DNA from: an uncultured Planctomycetaceae bacterium
GTDB lineage: Bacteria; Planctomycetota; Planctomycetia; Isosphaerales; Isosphaeraceae
Direction of reading: 5' to 3'
NCBI GenBank assembly: GCA_963833985.1
Contig: CAWIAD010000002.1
Span: 2,688,001-2,752,000 of the forward strand
Length of the DNA: 64,000 bases
In this document: in pieces, positions 61,697 to 64,000 of the stretch
How the letters are laid out: every line of letters starts with the position of its first letter
Position numbering within the stretch: the stretch's first letter is position 1
Translations under genes and position numbers: made by a program
The notes under the pieces: generated by a model
The model's input: the letters and a program-made list of their open reading frames with translations, nothing else
Databases searched by the model: none
What the model was told of the DNA's origin: nothing

Positions 61697-62723
61697 CGAC
61701 GCTCTCGAGCACCGCTTCGAAGCCAAGGTCCTGGATCATCCGGTAATCCTCGTCCGGGGGCTGGCCCTTGGTGGTCAGGTAATCGCCCACGAAGACGGAA
61801 TTGGCCACGTAGAGCCCGAGCGGTTGCAGGCTTCCCAGCCGCAGCTCCCGCCCCGCGCCGATACGCAGCTCGCACTTCGGGTTCGCCAGCCGGAACAGGC
61901 ACAGGACGCGCAGGCAGTGACGCGGGCTCACCTCGGGCCGCTCGGCCAGTGGAGTGCCGGCAATGGGGATGAGGAAGTTCACGGGGACCGACTCGGCCTG
62001 CAAGGCACCGAGCTGCAAGGCAAGCTCGACGATGTCGGCGTCATTCTCGCCCATGCCGATGATTCCGCCGGAGCACATCTCCAGGCCCGCGGCGCGCACC
62101 GCCTGGAGTGTCTCCACGCGGTCGTCATAGGTGTGCGTGGTGCAGATGCTGGGGTAGAACCGGCGGCTGGTGTTCAGGTTGTGGTTCACCCGGTCGACGC
62201 CGCAGGCTTTCAACCGGTGAGCTTGCTCGGGCGTGAGCAGCCCCAGCGAGACGCAGACCTCCATGCCGGGATGGTCCGTCTTGATCCGGGGAACGACCGC
62301 GTCCAGGCACTTCAGCTCCGTTTCCGTGGGGCCGCGCCGCGCCGTGACGATGCAGTATGTGCCGGCCTGGCGCTCGGCCGCCCGCTGGGCCCCGGCCAGC
62401 ACCTCCTCCGGATCGAGCATCCCATAGCGGGCGATGTCCGAGCTGGCTGTGCCCGACTGCGAGCAGTAGGAACAATCCTCGGCACACCGGCCGCTCTTGG
62501 CATTGAGCAGGAAGTTCAGGTGCACCTTGTTGCCGTGCCAGTGCTGGCGCACGCGATAGGCCGCGGCCAGCAGATCGAGCAGCTCCTCGTCGGCCGAGCC
62601 CAGGATCGCCTGCCCCTCGTCTTCCGTGAGCTGGTGGCCGCCGAGCACCCGCGACGCCAGTTCCTGCCAGTAGCCAGGCGGGCGAGCCGCAACCCGCGAC
62701 CGTTCTTCAAGCACGCTTTGCAT
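61689..62723 (-). CDS. bioB: Biotin synthase
   Basis: NAKSGRCAEDCSYCSQS, NHNLNTS, CSGGIIGMGE, SVPVNFL. Confidence 0.97.
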   Translation of the reverse strand: MQSVLEERSRVAARPPGYWQELASRVLGGHQLTEDEGQAILGSADEELLDLLAAAYRVRQHWHGNKVHLNFLLNAKSGRCAEDCSYCSQSGTASSDIARYGMLDPEEVLAGAQRAAERQAGTYCIVTARRGPTETELKCLDAVVPRIKTDHPGMEVCVSLGLLTPEQAHRLKACGVDRVNHNLNTSRRFYPSICTTHTYDDRVETLQAVRAAGLEMCSGGIIGMGENDADIVELALQLGALQAESVPVNFLIPIAGTPLAERPEVSPRHCLRVLCLFRLANPKCELRIGAGRELRLGSLQPLGLYVANSVFVGDYLTTKGQPPDEDYRMIQDLGFEAVLESVDG

Positions 62724-62948
62724 GGATTCATCCTGCAATCTTCGGACGAGCACATCTTCGTGGCACGTATTCGCCGTACCACCACCGTGCAGCGATTGCC
62801 CCGGAACCCTCCGGAGCCAACCAGATATGGGTCCCATGGTACGAAGTTTCGGCCCTGGCGCGGAGAGAATCCCGCGACCGCATGAGGGCCTGGTCCGGCA
62901 GCATCATCGGCCGCCCGGCTTATCTCCGGTCAAGTCCCGGCCTGGCCC

Positions 62949-63527
62949 TCACACGGTGCCTTGGCTCTGCGGCAGCAGCTCGAGCAAGGGGATCTGGCCA
63001 ATAAACTGGCCGTCGATCACGAGGTCGACAACCTCGGTCTCGCGGAGTGTCCGCGTTGCCAGGTAGCGTCCGCCGCAGGGCTGCTCGTGGATCTCAACCT
63101 GCCGCCTCGGAAGGTTGACGATCCAGCAGGCGGGAACGCCACCTGCCGCGCACACGCCGGCCAGCTTCCGGTCTGTCGCGGCGCTCGTGCGCGTGACCTC
63201 GACCACCAGGGCGACATCGCCGGCACCCGGATTGCGGTCGGGATAATCCTCAGGCTGGCCGCGCACGACCGACGCATCCGGCTCAGGCTCGCTCCTGCTG
63301 CCGGGAACGCCGACTGGTTCTTCTTTGTTCGCGTGCCAGCCACCCGGCAGTCGTCGCTCGATAGCCTCCAGCGTCTTCCGGGTGGCGATCCGGTGGCCCG
63401 GTCCAATGACATCCTTCTCCACGATCCTGCCGCGGATCAGCTCGAAGCGGTTCGTTTCGGGCAGAATACCTTTCCGCACCATTTTTTCGTAAGTCTCGAC
63501 CGAGAGACCCTTGATGCCGGTGCTCAT
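62949..63527 (-). CDS. Uma2/DUF820 family endonuclease-like protein
   Basis: FELIRGRIV, SEPEPD, LVVEV, GVPACWIVNL. Confidence 0.85.
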   Translation of the reverse strand: MSTGIKGLSVETYEKMVRKGILPETNRFELIRGRIVEKDVIGPGHRIATRKTLEAIERRLPGGWHANKEEPVGVPGSRSEPEPDASVVRGQPEDYPDRNPGAGDVALVVEVTRTSAATDRKLAGVCAAGGVPACWIVNLPRRQVEIHEQPCGGRYLATRTLRETEVVDLVIDGQFIGQIPLLELLPQSQGTV

Positions 63528-63706
63528 CGCGCATGGCCCTCGTAACGATTCCATCATCCTACAGTGAGGTCGACCCGGAAAGTTTCGGCCGGAGGTTCGT
63601 GATCCGATACGAAACGCCCTCCCAGAACGACTGTGGCGGACACCAGAACCGGTGGCAGGTTCCAGGAGCTGGTTCCAATCTCCGCCCGCCAAGGCGAGCT
63701 GTGCCC

Positions 63707-64000
63707 TCAAGCACCGGGAAAGCATTGAAGGTGGAACTGGACCGGCTTGCTGGAGCCGTTCTTGAGCATGAAGTAGGTGCTGCCTGCGGGAAGTGTCACC
63801 TTGCCTTCGTATGTCGGCCCCGGGAAATCTGCGGTGAACAGCACGTCCGCGCGGTTGATCGCCTTCATATCTTTGGCCATGAGGGACTTGAATGCCGCGC
63901 CGGTGAGGATTGTCACGCTGAACGGGCCCTGCGACTCGACCCGGTAGGAGATCGTGCCGGGACCTCGGGCGATCGCTTCCCGGTTCCATTCCATACCAGG
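63707..64000 (-). CDS. Hypothetical protein, 3' part only (truncated by window end)
   Basis: Open frame with protein-like composition ending at the stop 63707-63709. Confidence 0.5.
   Translation of the reverse strand, partial: PGMEWNREAIARGPGTISYRVESQGPFSVTILTGAAFKSLMAKDMKAINRADVLFTADFPGPTYEGKVTLPAGSTYFMLKNGSSKPVQFHLQCFPGA

Overview
High-GC bacterial chromosome segment, most likely from a planctomycete (Isosphaerales-like). This is inferred from LE[A/D]R-x-x-x-S type N-terminal export motifs, a Tat Gfo/Idh/MocA + HEAT gene pair, a PEP-CTERM protein and BON/STN proteins. Core genes are tsaD, a ctpA-like protease, rsmD, def, lpxD-lpxI, fabH, ispH, pdxA, a B12 radical SAM and bioB-bioF-bioH-bioC. 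They are interleaved with secreted carbohydrate-active or unclassified proteins (GH3, GH55-like, PL10 pectate lyase, three large unclassified glycosidase-like proteins) and an ApbE-DUF2271/PepSY flavinylation locus. About ten ordinary genes are broken by frameshifts, probably long-read assembly errors. The most unusual structure is a 4.5-kb cassette-like island (14384-18879). Three ungapped copies of a 165-bp unit (76-bp leader + 89-bp GTAG-REP doublet), two of them followed by a relic of the 3' end of a REP-associated (RAYT-like) transposase, separate a DUF433/DUF5615 toxin-antitoxin pair and a YhcG nuclease gene. Both cargoes are damaged: an ISAzo13 element sits in the toxin and yhcG has a nonsense codon. 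A third copy of the same relic lies 33 kb away, in a second TA islet (DUF1778/GNAT) bounded by a 160-bp duplication of the neighbouring gene's 3' end. No rRNA, tRNA or CRISPR array was seen. All product names come from motif recognition only; no searches were run.
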